From an uncultured Bradymonadales bacterium (GTDB lineage: Bacteria; Myxococcota_A; Bradymonadia; Bradymonadales; Bradymonadaceae), in contig CAYQBU010000001.1 of assembly GCA_964415785.1 (NCBI GenBank), forward strand, positions 1,152-65,151: a stretch of 64,000 nucleotides of DNA. Direction: 5' to 3'. A program made the translations under genes and the position numbers. This document shows, one piece after another, positions 19,601 through 29,269 of this stretch (the stretch's first letter is position 1; the number at the start of each line of letters is the position of its first letter). The notes beneath the pieces were generated by a model. It worked only from the letters and a program-made list of their open reading frames with translations. It made no database searches and was not told the DNA's origin.

Positions 19601-20139
19601 ATCCGCTCCATCAACGCTTTCGTCATCTCAATATGGCGCTCATTGCCCCGCTGTTGACGCACCTCCAGGGCCTCCTTGAGCGCCTCTCGGGCAGCCTGTG
19701 CATCGCCTGCCGCCGCCAGGCTCCTCCCCCGGACTTCTGCGATCTGATCGGCGTAGACCGCTGCCTTCTCCTCCATCCCGGTACTCAGGCGCTCCAGGCG
19801 CTTGACCGCCTCCTCAACTCGGCTGCCCCCAAGATCGATTTCACTGAGTTGAATTCGGCACACCACCAACGCCCGCGCTCGACCATATTGCTCCCAGATC
19901 GCCATCGCCTCTTCTGTGACCTCCCGGGCGTCCTCAAATCGGCCCACCAGGCGAAGGAAACGGCCGTGGCGCTGCAATTGCCGTCCCAGACGCGTCACCT
20001 TTAGCTCGCTCTGCTCCCGCCGGGCTTCCCCTCTCAAATACTCGATTTCTCGGCGCGAATCCCTGAGCGCCTCCTCCACTTGCCGGGGCACCTTGGCCAC
20101 TTCGCAAAACCTCTCATCGATCTCGATCTCTAAACGCAT
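19597..20139 (-). CDS. Hypothetical helical (TPR-like) protein, translationally coupled to the serpin gene
   Basis: All-helical, R/E-rich 180-aa product. The stop overlaps the serpin start (ATGA at 19597-19600). Confidence 0.5.
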   Translation of the reverse strand: MRLEIEIDERFCEVAKVPRQVEEALRDSRREIEYLRGEARREQSELKVTRLGRQLQRHGRFLRLVGRFEDAREVTEEAMAIWEQYGRARALVVCRIQLSEIDLGGSRVEEAVKRLERLSTGMEEKAAVYADQIAEVRGRSLAAAGDAQAAREALKEALEVRQQRGNERHIEMTKALMERI

Positions 20140-20217
20140 CTTTCGCTCATCCCTGTCTTTGCCCTACCTTGTCTTCATCTTCCATCGGATCTCCCCATCC
20201 AGGACTTCTCTTTCATC

Positions 20218-20970
20218 ATGGCCACCGACCGACGCCAAACTATCACCGTCGACTCCCTGAGCAAGCGATATGGCGATATTCAAGCCGTCGACGACCTCAG
20301 TTTCACCGTCTACGCCGGCCAAATCGTGGGCTTTCTGGGCCCCAACGGCGCCGGCAAAACCACGACCATGAAGATCCTCACCGGTGCCATCGCCGCCTCC
20401 AGTGGCTCGGCCACCGTCGCCGGCCACGACGTCCGCCGCCAGCGCAATGCCGTGCGCCAAAAGATCGGCTACCTCCCCGAAGACGTTCCCCTCTACGACC
20501 AGATGCTGCTCTGGGACTATCTTCGCTTCATCGCCGACCTGCGCCGCATCCCCTCCGAGGAGCGCGAGGCGCGAATCCACGACGTCGCCAAACAGACCGG
20601 CCTTACCCCCATGCTCGGCCGTAGCATCGACGAGCTCTCCAAGGGCTATCGCCAGCGCGTCGGCCTCGCCCAGGCCATCATCCACGACCCCCCGGTGATC
20701 ATTCTCGACGAACCCACCACCGGGCTTGATCCCAACCAGATCGTCGACATCCGTGATGTCATCACCACCATCGGCGAGGAACAAACCGTCATCCTCTCCA
20801 CCCATATCCTCCAGGAAGTCAGCGCCGTCTGCGACCGCATCATCATCATCGACGCCGGCCGCCTGGTCGCCGACGGCACCCTCGACGAGCTCCGCACCCA
20901 GCACCCCCACGACGATCCCTCGCTGGAAGCCATCTTTCGCTACTTCACCACCGAGTATAGCCATGCCTAA
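20218..20970 (+). CDS. ABC-2-type transporter ATP-binding protein (GldA-like)
   Basis: Walker A GPNGAGKTT, signature LSKGYRQR and Walker B IILDEPTTGLD. Confidence 0.9.
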   Translation: MATDRRQTITVDSLSKRYGDIQAVDDLSFTVYAGQIVGFLGPNGAGKTTTMKILTGAIAASSGSATVAGHDVRRQRNAVRQKIGYLPEDVPLYDQMLLWDYLRFIADLRRIPSEEREARIHDVAKQTGLTPMLGRSIDELSKGYRQRVGLAQAIIHDPPVIILDEPTTGLDPNQIVDIRDVITTIGEEQTVILSTHILQEVSAVCDRIIIIDAGRLVADGTLDELRTQHPHDDPSLEAIFRYFTTEYSHA

Positions 20971-21676
20971 TGCCCTCATCATCGCTCGCCGCGAGTTGGG
21001 CGCCTACTTCAACTCCCTGGTCGCCTACGCCGTGGTGATCCTCTTTCTCGTCATCACCGGCGCCCTCTTCTGGCAGACCTACTTCAACGAGGTCAGCCTC
21101 CTGTCGATGCGCGGCTACTTCGATCAGGCTCCCCTGATGCTCGCCTTCTTTGCCCCGGCGCTGACCATGGGCCTCTTCGCCACCGAGGAGCGCAGCGGCA
21201 CCCTTCAGTGGCTCATGACCATGCCCCTGACCTCGCGCGACATCGTCCTCGGCAAATTTCTGGCCGCCATGGCCCTCTTCCTCGTCGTCTTTGCCATGAC
21301 CCTTCCCTATCCCTACACCCTCTCGCTGCTCGGCGAGCTGGACTGGGGCGCCGTGGCCACCGGCTACCTGGGCATGACCCTGCTCGCCGGCACCTACGCC
21401 GCCATCGGACTCATGGCCTCCAGCTTTACCCGTGACCAGGTCGTGGCCATCTTGCTCGCCTTCACCCTCTGTTTTTTTCTCTATCTCATTGACATCCTCA
21501 TCGCCCAGCCCTCCGGCGCCTGGACCCGCACCCTTGAATACGCCTCCACCAATTATCACTTCCAGAACCTGGCCCGCGGTGTCATCGACCTCCAGAGCAT
21601 CATCTACTATGTGTCGCTGACCGCTGCCGCCCTGGTCATCACCACCCTGCGCCTCGAATCCCGACGCTGGAACTAA
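20963..21676 (+). CDS. ABC-2 permease (GldF-like)
   Basis: ATG 20963 overlaps the ATPase stop by 8 nt. MPNALIIARRELGAYFNSLVAY is the typical ABC-2 permease N-terminus, followed by 6 hydrophobic segments. Confidence 0.8.
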   Translation: MPNALIIARRELGAYFNSLVAYAVVILFLVITGALFWQTYFNEVSLLSMRGYFDQAPLMLAFFAPALTMGLFATEERSGTLQWLMTMPLTSRDIVLGKFLAAMALFLVVFAMTLPYPYTLSLLGELDWGAVATGYLGMTLLAGTYAAIGLMASSFTRDQVVAILLAFTLCFFLYLIDILIAQPSGAWTRTLEYASTNYHFQNLARGVIDLQSIIYYVSLTAAALVITTLRLESRRWN

Positions 21677-21687
21677 AGGACCAGTCC

Positions 21688-23499
21688 ATGATGTCCAACT
21701 CCATCTCCTCCATCGTTGGTCGCCACCGGGCTTCCCTTCGCCTCTTTGGCCTCTCCCTGCTCACCATCGCCGTCCTCATCGCCCTCAACTGGGCGGCCAG
21801 CCACTCCTATCTGCGCCTCGACCTGACGGCCAACCAGATCTACACCCTGAGCCCCGTCAGCCAGGACGCTGCCAGCGACCTCGACGAACCGGTCCAAATT
21901 CAAGCCTTTATCTCGCCCAACCTCCCTCCGCCCTACCACCGTCTCCATCAGCAGATCGATGAACTCCTCCAGGAGTACGAAGCCCACAGCCAGGGCCAGA
22001 TCTCCTACGAGATCATCTCCACCGACGACGAGGACCGCCTCACCGAACTCGCCGAAGCGCAGGGCATCTCGCCCATCACGATCGGCCAGGAAACCGACAC
22101 CCAGGCCAGCTACCGCTCCATCTTCGCCGGCATCGCCTTTCATCAGGGCGAGCGCAGCGAGACGATCAACCAGCTTCAAGTCTCCGGCGATCCCAGCCTC
22201 GATAGCTTCGAATACGACGTCACCCGCGCCCTTCTCGGCCTCACTTTTCCCACCCCTCGCAAAGTGGGGCTCATCGCCGGCGCCGGTGGACCGGCCGACA
22301 TCCCCCAATTCGCCTCCTCACTCCAACCGATCATCGAAAATCGCTACGGCCATCTCCTGGAAGTGGAAGCCGTCGACCTCACTGCTCCCAACCTCATCGG
22401 CGCCGACCTCCGCGACTATGAAGCTCTCATCGCCATCAACCTCAGCAACGATCTGGGCACCTCCGCCATCGACGCCCTCGACCAATTCATCGACGAGGGC
22501 GGCAATATTGGCTGGTTCCAGAGCGGCGCCGTCGTCGATCCCGCCGACCAGATGCGATGGGCCCAGGCCCAGCAGCGGGGCGACCCAGAGGCCGCCGCCG
22601 CGCCCCCGATGCGCGAACCCGTGGACACCGACTTTCACCGTTTCCTGGCCAATTTTGGCATTCACCCCGGCAACGACGCCGTCATCCATCGCGACAACGC
22701 CATCGCCTACGGTCCCGTCCCCACCCAGCGCGGTACCGTCCAGGTCGCTCACCCCGCCCTCTTCCCCATCACCGACATCGACCGCGACCTCCCCTTCACC
22801 CGTCATATCTCCCACCTCTTTCTGCCCCTTCCCTCCACCATTGGCGTCAACCACGACAACCTCCCTCCCCAATTTGAATTTCACGACATCCTTCGCACCG
22901 ACCCCGGCTCCACCCGCTTCGAGCCTCCCCCGGGGCGCGCCCTCTACGACGACCTCATCCTCCCCATTCAGGGCGAAGAGCAGGGCGATTTTCGCGTCGG
23001 CGCCGCCCTCCAGGGGCCGGACAACCGCTTCCTCGTCATCGGCAGCGGCGACTTTATGCAACCCTTCCCTGAGGTCGGCTACCAGGGGCAATTGACCTCC
23101 CTGGGCCTCGACTTCTTCGTCGCCTCCATTGAATGGCTCGCCCAGGAACGGGAACTGGCCACCATCCGCGGAAAACAGATGCCCGCCCTCATCACCGACA
23201 TCCCCTCCGCCGCCCGCACCTACATCCAGATCATCAACATCATCCTCGTCCCCGCCTTCTTTTTCGCCATCGGCCTCGTCATGTATGCGCGCCGACTTCG
23301 CCGGCGCCGCGAACTCACCGAGGCCTTCGCTGACTCCGAAAGTAGCTCCGATGAATCCGATGCTACCGAGCCCCCCGACGACGAACAGGCCACTTCCGAA
23401 CACGACGATGCTGATCCCGACGATGAAGATCCCGACGATGCTGAGTCTTCATCGGCCACGAAAACCGACGACAACCCCACCGCCGAGGCCACTTCATGA
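21688..23499 (+). CDS. GldG-like ABC-transporter auxiliary protein with acidic C-terminal tail
   Basis: AAAGGA sits 7 nt before the ATG. N-terminal TM then LDLTANQIYTLSPVS (GldG/ABC_transp_aux style). C-terminal TM, RRLRRRR, then a D/E/S-rich tail. Confidence 0.75.
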   Translation: MMSNSISSIVGRHRASLRLFGLSLLTIAVLIALNWAASHSYLRLDLTANQIYTLSPVSQDAASDLDEPVQIQAFISPNLPPPYHRLHQQIDELLQEYEAHSQGQISYEIISTDDEDRLTELAEAQGISPITIGQETDTQASYRSIFAGIAFHQGERSETINQLQVSGDPSLDSFEYDVTRALLGLTFPTPRKVGLIAGAGGPADIPQFASSLQPIIENRYGHLLEVEAVDLTAPNLIGADLRDYEALIAINLSNDLGTSAIDALDQFIDEGGNIGWFQSGAVVDPADQMRWAQAQQRGDPEAAAAPPMREPVDTDFHRFLANFGIHPGNDAVIHRDNAIAYGPVPTQRGTVQVAHPALFPITDIDRDLPFTRHISHLFLPLPSTIGVNHDNLPPQFEFHDILRTDPGSTRFEPPPGRALYDDLILPIQGEEQGDFRVGAALQGPDNRFLVIGSGDFMQPFPEVGYQGQLTSLGLDFFVASIEWLAQERELATIRGKQMPALITDIPSAARTYIQIINIILVPAFFFAIGLVMYARRLRRRRELTEAFADSESSSDESDATEPPDDEQATSEHDDADPDDEDPDDAESSSATKTDDNPTAEATS

Positions 23500-24191
23500 A
23501 CGCCTTTGATTCCGACCTCTTCGTCATTGCCGGCACGGACACAGAGATAGGCAAGACCACCGTTACCTCCGCGCTCCTTCGCGCCCTCGTCGACCGCGGC
23601 GTCGACGCCCGAGGCATCAAACCCGTGGAATCCGGTACCCGCGACCAGCCCTCTCGCAACCACGAAGACGGGCGCCGCCTGGCTCGCGCTGCCCGACAGG
23701 ACGACCCCGCCGAAGCTTTTCAACGCCTCCAGGCCCCTCTGGCTCCTCCCGTCGCCGCCGCCCGGGAAGGCGTCACCCTCCATCCTCAGCGCTGGATCCA
23801 GCGCATCGACGCCCTCCGCAACGACGCCGATCTCCTCTTCGTCGAGGGCGCCGGCGGCCTCCTCTCTCCCCTCGCTGACGGACTGGACACCCGTGAATTG
23901 GCGCTTAAGCTCTCCGCTCCCGTGATTCTGATAGCGGAAAACGCCCTGGGCACCCTAAATCACACCCGACTGACCCTCGAGGCCCTCGACCACGCTGGAC
24001 TCTCCACCGCCGCCGTCATCTTCAGCGCCCCTCAGTCCCCGGACGACTCCACCGAGTCCAACGCCGATGTTCTTCACCACCACTATCCCGACCTGACGAT
24101 CCTTCAATTTCCCCGCATCGCCGGCATCGATGGCGGCGCCCGCGCCCTCGACGACACCCCACTTATTGACCTTCTCCTACCCTCCTCCTGA
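23496..24191 (+). CDS. bioD: Dethiobiotin synthase
   Basis: P-loop GTDTEIGKTTVTSALL and EGAGGLLSP motif. The start overlaps the upstream stop (ATGA). Confidence 0.9.
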   Translation: MNAFDSDLFVIAGTDTEIGKTTVTSALLRALVDRGVDARGIKPVESGTRDQPSRNHEDGRRLARAARQDDPAEAFQRLQAPLAPPVAAAREGVTLHPQRWIQRIDALRNDADLLFVEGAGGLLSPLADGLDTRELALKLSAPVILIAENALGTLNHTRLTLEALDHAGLSTAAVIFSAPQSPDDSTESNADVLHHHYPDLTILQFPRIAGIDGGARALDDTPLIDLLLPSS

Positions 24192-24194
24192 ACC

Positions 24195-25418
24195 ATGTCC
24201 CTTCCCCACTCCTGGCAAGCCTGGGTTGATCAACGCCTCCAGCGCCGTCACCAGGCCCACCGCCTCCGCCAACTCGACCCCATCGACCCCACGGGACCCG
24301 TCCACATTCGACGCGGCAACTCGGCACAGGAGCGCATCCTCTTTAGCTCCAACGACTACCTCGGCTTCTCCGGCCATCCCCAGATCCTCACCGCCGTCCA
24401 AGACGCCCTTGAGACCTACGGACTCGGCCCCCGCGGCTCTCCCCTGATCTGCGGCTACACCACCCTGCACAACCGCCTGGAGAAGGCCATCGCCACCTGG
24501 AAGGGCACCGAGGCCGCACTGCTCTGCCCCACCGGTTTCGCCGCCAACCTCGCCGTCATGGTCGCCCTCGCCGACGAGCACACCACTATCTTCTCCGACC
24601 GCCTCAACCACGCCTCCATCATCGATGGATGCACCCTCGCCAGGCGCCGTGGGGCCTCCCTCCAGGTCTTTCCCCATGGCGACGTTCAGGCCTTAGATGA
24701 CCTCCTGTCTGACTTGCCCCGGGGTCGACGGGCTCTGGTGATCACCGACTCTGTCTTCAGCATGGACGGCGACCTCGCCCCCCTGCCTGGGCTTAGCCAA
24801 ACCTGCCAACACCACGACGCCCTTCTGGTCATCGACGGGGCTCACGGATCCTTTGTCCACGGCCCCCACGGCGCCGGTCTCGCCGCGGCCTGGCAGATCA
24901 CCGACGCCATAGACCTCCACGTCGGCACGCTCAGCAAGGGCGCCGGGGCCCTCGGCGGATTCATCGCTACCACCGACGCCATGCGTCAGCTCCTCCTCAA
25001 CCTGGGCCGCTCCTACATCTACTCCACCGCCCCGCCCATCCCTGTCGTCGCCGCCGCCCTGGCCGCCATCGAGCTCGTCTCCTCCGACGATGAGCCCCGC
25101 CGCCGCCTCTGGTCCCATATTGACCGCCTCTCCAACGCCCTGGACGTCCCCCTGACCAGTCCCATCATTCCCCTCATCCTTGGCCCCGAAGACCAGGCCC
25201 TTCAGGCCGCAGACCTCCTCGCCCAACGCGGCCTCGACGTCACCGCCATCCGACCTCCCACCGTCCCCACTGGTACATCACGGCTTCGCATCACCCTCTC
25301 TGCCGCCCACCGCACCGCCGACGTCGACCGATTAATCGAGGCCCTGGAAATGTTGGACCACCGCTTCGGCGTTACTGTTCCCGAGCCCCCGACAGCGCCT
25401 CCCCCGCGCTTTCTTTGA
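24195..25418 (+). CDS. bioF: 8-amino-7-oxononanoate synthase
   Basis: SNDYLGFS, DSVFSMDGD, and the PLP-lysine motif GTLSKG. Confidence 0.9.
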   Translation: MSLPHSWQAWVDQRLQRRHQAHRLRQLDPIDPTGPVHIRRGNSAQERILFSSNDYLGFSGHPQILTAVQDALETYGLGPRGSPLICGYTTLHNRLEKAIATWKGTEAALLCPTGFAANLAVMVALADEHTTIFSDRLNHASIIDGCTLARRRGASLQVFPHGDVQALDDLLSDLPRGRRALVITDSVFSMDGDLAPLPGLSQTCQHHDALLVIDGAHGSFVHGPHGAGLAAAWQITDAIDLHVGTLSKGAGALGGFIATTDAMRQLLLNLGRSYIYSTAPPIPVVAAALAAIELVSSDDEPRRRLWSHIDRLSNALDVPLTSPIIPLILGPEDQALQAADLLAQRGLDVTAIRPPTVPTGTSRLRITLSAAHRTADVDRLIEALEMLDHRFGVTVPEPPTAPPPRFL

Positions 25419-25434
25419 TACCGTAGGAGTATCG

Positions 25435-26790
25435 ATGTCCGACGACCACGCCAAGGGCGACAAGCCCGCCTCCCGCACCCGCCGCTTCGCCAGGCTCGCC
25501 GGCATGACGGCCTCCGTCGCCAAGAACTACACCAAAGATCGCGTCTCCTCCCTCTTTCGATCCGACGACGACAACGACGACGCCCGCCAAAAGACCAACG
25601 AGCTAAACGGAGAGCTCATCGCCGAAACCCTGGGCGAACTCAAAGGCGCGGTCATGAAGGTCGGCCAGATGGCCTCCGCAGCCTCCGACTTTCTGCCCGA
25701 GGAGATGGCCAAACCCCTGGAGAAACTCCAGAAAGACGCCCCTCCCATGGACTTCGCCTCCGTCTCCGACCAGATCGAGGCCGAATTGGGCTCCCCTCCC
25801 GAACTTCTCTTCCACGACTTCGACGAACACCCCTTCGCCTCCGCCTCCATCGGCCAGGTCCACCGCGCCGTCACCGACGAAGGCGACGAGGCGATCGTCA
25901 AGGTCCAATATCCCGGCGTCGACGACGCCTGTGACTCCGACCTTCGCCACCTCAAATTCGCCTTCAAGCTCAGCGGTATCGCCCGTCACCACCGCACCGC
26001 CCTCGACGCTCTCTTCGACGAAATCCAGGAGCGCCTCCACGAGGAGCTCGATTACTGCAACGAAGCCGATAACGTCCGACGCTTCCGACAGATGCACAAC
26101 GACCAACCCGACATCATTATCCCCCGCGTCATCGGTCCCCGCAGCGCCCGACGCGTCCTCACCCTCACCTACGAGGGTGGCGACTCACTCGAAACCGCCG
26201 CCGACTACCCCCAGGATACCCGCGATCATATCGGCGAACTCTTCTACCATATGACCCTCTCCCAGCTCTTTGAGCACCGCACCCTCCACGCCGATCCCCA
26301 TCCCGGCAACTTCGCCTTTCGCCCCGACGGCAAACTCGTCCTCTACGACTATGGCTGCGTCAAAAATATCGATCCCGACGTCGCCACCCAATACGCCAAC
26401 CTCATCGCCGCCGGCCTCAACGAGGATTACCAGATCGTGGAGGACAACCTCATCGCCCTCGGCGCTCGCACCCCCAATACGGGCCCCGACGTCCCCCTCG
26501 ACTACTACGCCCGCTGGCGTGAGATCGGCGTCCAGCCTTGCATCGAAGACGACCTCTTCGACTTCGCCACCTCCACCATCCATGAAGACGCCCGCCAGCA
26601 GGTCAGAGCCTCCGTCAAATACTTCAACGCCTTCCGACCTCCCGCCAAGATCCTCTATATCAACCGCACCGTCGGTGGCGTCTACGACCTTCTTCGCACC
26701 CTCCAACCCCGCGTCCCCTGGCGCCAACTCGTCCCGCGCTACGCCTTTCCTGCCTCCGACCTGGAACCCGACCTCTCTTTCTTTCCCTGA
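25435..26790 (+). CDS. ABC1/UbiB-family atypical kinase
   Basis: GGAG sits 6 nt before the ATG. ASASIGQVHRA, IVKVQYPGV and HADPHPGNF motifs. Confidence 0.85.
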   Translation: MSDDHAKGDKPASRTRRFARLAGMTASVAKNYTKDRVSSLFRSDDDNDDARQKTNELNGELIAETLGELKGAVMKVGQMASAASDFLPEEMAKPLEKLQKDAPPMDFASVSDQIEAELGSPPELLFHDFDEHPFASASIGQVHRAVTDEGDEAIVKVQYPGVDDACDSDLRHLKFAFKLSGIARHHRTALDALFDEIQERLHEELDYCNEADNVRRFRQMHNDQPDIIIPRVIGPRSARRVLTLTYEGGDSLETAADYPQDTRDHIGELFYHMTLSQLFEHRTLHADPHPGNFAFRPDGKLVLYDYGCVKNIDPDVATQYANLIAAGLNEDYQIVEDNLIALGARTPNTGPDVPLDYYARWREIGVQPCIEDDLFDFATSTIHEDARQQVRASVKYFNAFRPPAKILYINRTVGGVYDLLRTLQPRVPWRQLVPRYAFPASDLEPDLSFFP

Positions 26791-26851
26791 GCTCTCTCCA
26801 CCCTGAGTTCCATCCAAGGCCCCGATTAATCGTAATCCTCATACAACTCTC

Positions 26852-26879
26852 TTGACTTTTTAAAGCCTCTACGTAGACT
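26852..26879 (+). promoter_or_regulatory. Candidate sigma70-type promoter for the TonB-dependent receptor gene
   Basis: TTGACT (26852-26857), a 16-nt spacer, then TAGACT (26874-26879), about 50 nt upstream of ATG 26929. Confidence 0.3.
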
Positions 26880-26928
26880 TTCTTTAGGTGTGCCTAATGT
26901 TTTATTTTTTCGTCTATGCGGAATTTTC

Positions 26929-29160
26929 ATGCCCTTTCCGAAAATCCCCCAATATATCCTCGCTATTCTGTTTTCATGGGTACCCATGACCGCCTTTGCG
27001 GACACCCTGGATGGCCTCCCCGACGAGGCCGCCGAAGTACTCGACCAACGCGAGGAAAGCGACGACGCCGACGATGCTGATGAGTCCGACGACCCTGACT
27101 CCGTCGAGAACTCAGGCCACCACGTGGCCACCACCTCCAGTCTGGGCAGCCGCACGGAGAGCGACCTCGTCACCCCGGTGACCACCCTCGCCGGGCCCGC
27201 TCTCGATCGCCGCCGCTCCGGCGGCTCCGTCGGCGAAGTCCTCGACGGCGTCCCCGGCATCAGCAACGCCGACTTCGGTCCCGGCGTCGGCCGCCCCTCC
27301 ATCCGCGGCCTCCAGGGCCCGCGCGTCCAAATTCTGGAGGACGGCATGCGCACCTCCGACGTCTCCAAAGAGGGCGTCGACCACATCGTCGCCGGCGACA
27401 CCCTCGGCGCTCACTCCATCGAACTCATTCGCGGCCCCGCCTCCCTTCTCTATGGCTCCGGCGCCACTGGCGGCGTCGTCAACACCGTCACCGGCCGCTT
27501 CGATCCCATCTTCGGTGCTGGGCCCAACGGAACACTTCACACCACCTACTCCCCCAATGGCCATGACCGTCAGGCCCACGCCGAGTTGGAGCTTCCCCTC
27601 CACGACACCCTCGCCCTTCGCCTCCAGACCCAACAGCGGCGAAGCGACGACTTCCAGATCTCCGGCTTTCAGGTCGCCGACGGCGTCGATGACCACCGCG
27701 GACGCGACGGCCAACTGATCAACAGCGACGTCCAGCTCGACACCTACGCGCTCACCGGCGTCTGGAGCGACGAACCGGGCTACGTCGCCGTGGGCTACGA
27801 ATTCTTCGACACCGAATACGGCATACCCGAACCCTTCGACCCCGTCGGCGACCAGTCCGACGAATTTGAGCGCATCTTCGCCGACCACCACCGCCTCGAT
27901 CTGCGCAGCGAATTCTATCGCCCCTTCTCCGGCATCGAAGCCCTGCGCCTCAACGCCGCCTTCACCCAATTCCACCAACGCGAAGACGAACTCGAATTCT
28001 CCCGCGACGACACCTCCCTCCAGGACCAGGTCACGGAGGTCATCTTCGACAAAGACGAACTCGATGCTCGCCTGGAATTGACCCACCTCCCCATCGGCCC
28101 GCTGACCGGCGTCTTCGGCCTCGACCTTAACCGCGACGAATTCGTCGCCGACGACCCCCGCGATGGCCGCGACTTCTTCATCCAACCCGTCACCACCCAA
28201 TCAGCGGGCATCTTCGCCGTCGAGCGCTTGACCTTCGGCGCCACCACCGTCGAATTCGGTGCTCGCATCGACGTCGAGGAATCGCGGCCCGACCCCGTCA
28301 CCGATCCCCAGACCAGGGAACTCGTCGTCGACGGCGAAACCCTCGCCACCTTCGACCCCGATCCCGGACTTCAGCGCTATACCCCTGCCAGTGCCTCCCT
28401 GGGCGCTCGCCACGACTTCACCGACGCCCTCCGAGTTCGCGCCTCCTCCTCTCTCTCCCAGCGCGCCCCCTCATCGGAGCAGCTCTACGCCTTCGGTCGC
28501 CATGGCGCCGCCGGCACCTGGGAGGTCGGCGACCCCGACCTCGACCTCGAGACCTACCTCAACAGTGAGCTCTCCCTCCTCGCCTCCTTCGACGATCTGC
28601 GCTTTGAATTGACCGGTTTTTATAACCGCGTCGACGACTTCATCTACCTTGAGCGCCTCCCCGACGAGGACGGCCAACCTACCGCCATCGAGGGCACAGA
28701 GGTGGTCTTCAACGCCCAGGACGACGTGGACCTTTATGGGCTGGAGGCCACCGCTGGCGTTGAGCTTCAACTGCGCGACATTCGCCTCACCCCCTCGCTG
28801 TGGGCCGATTTTCTGCGCGGCCAACTTCGCGACGGCGACAACCTCCCCGCCATGACCCCGCCTCGCGCCGGCGCCGACCTCGATCTGCTCTACCAATCGC
28901 TCAACCTCCATCTCGCCTACCAACGCGTCTTCTCTCAGGAACGCACCGGCCCCGCCGAATCCTCCACCGACGGCTTTCACCTCCTGGGCGCCGACCTCGA
29001 ATGGACTCCTGCTCGCGCCCAGGGCCAGGCCTCCATCTTTCTGCGCGGCCGAAACCTCCTCAACGAGGCTGGCCGTCGCCACCAATCCTTCTTTAAAGAC
29101 CGCGCTCCCATTCTCGGACGCCAGCTCATCGCCGGCCTGCGCTACCATTTTGGCTCCTGA
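26929..29160 (+). CDS. TonB-dependent outer-membrane receptor
   Basis: Signal peptide MPFPKIPQYILAILFSWVPMTAFA. Plug-domain motifs (GVPGISNADFGPGVGRPSIRGLQGPRVQILEDG; IELIRGPASLLYGSGATGGVVN). Long beta-barrel. GTG 26890 is an alternative start. Confidence 0.85.
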   Translation: MPFPKIPQYILAILFSWVPMTAFADTLDGLPDEAAEVLDQREESDDADDADESDDPDSVENSGHHVATTSSLGSRTESDLVTPVTTLAGPALDRRRSGGSVGEVLDGVPGISNADFGPGVGRPSIRGLQGPRVQILEDGMRTSDVSKEGVDHIVAGDTLGAHSIELIRGPASLLYGSGATGGVVNTVTGRFDPIFGAGPNGTLHTTYSPNGHDRQAHAELELPLHDTLALRLQTQQRRSDDFQISGFQVADGVDDHRGRDGQLINSDVQLDTYALTGVWSDEPGYVAVGYEFFDTEYGIPEPFDPVGDQSDEFERIFADHHRLDLRSEFYRPFSGIEALRLNAAFTQFHQREDELEFSRDDTSLQDQVTEVIFDKDELDARLELTHLPIGPLTGVFGLDLNRDEFVADDPRDGRDFFIQPVTTQSAGIFAVERLTFGATTVEFGARIDVEESRPDPVTDPQTRELVVDGETLATFDPDPGLQRYTPASASLGARHDFTDALRVRASSSLSQRAPSSEQLYAFGRHGAAGTWEVGDPDLDLETYLNSELSLLASFDDLRFELTGFYNRVDDFIYLERLPDEDGQPTAIEGTEVVFNAQDDVDLYGLEATAGVELQLRDIRLTPSLWADFLRGQLRDGDNLPAMTPPRAGADLDLLYQSLNLHLAYQRVFSQERTGPAESSTDGFHLLGADLEWTPARAQGQASIFLRGRNLLNEAGRRHQSFFKDRAPILGRQLIAGLRYHFGS

Positions 29161-29269
29161 CCTTGCCTCTCCTGAACGGCCTCGCTATCTTTGCTTTATC
29201 GTATAAATCAAGTGCGCCGCCCAAAGGCCGTACCAGGGGGCGTCTCCACCTTTAAAACGTAGGAGACCC

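Noticed and set aside
26824-26845. Fur-box-like GATTAATCGTAATCCTCAT upstream of the TonB-dependent receptor.
   Set aside because: It matches the GATAATGATAATCATTATC consensus and the NATWAT hexamer phasing poorly, and looks like A+T-rich promoter sequence only.
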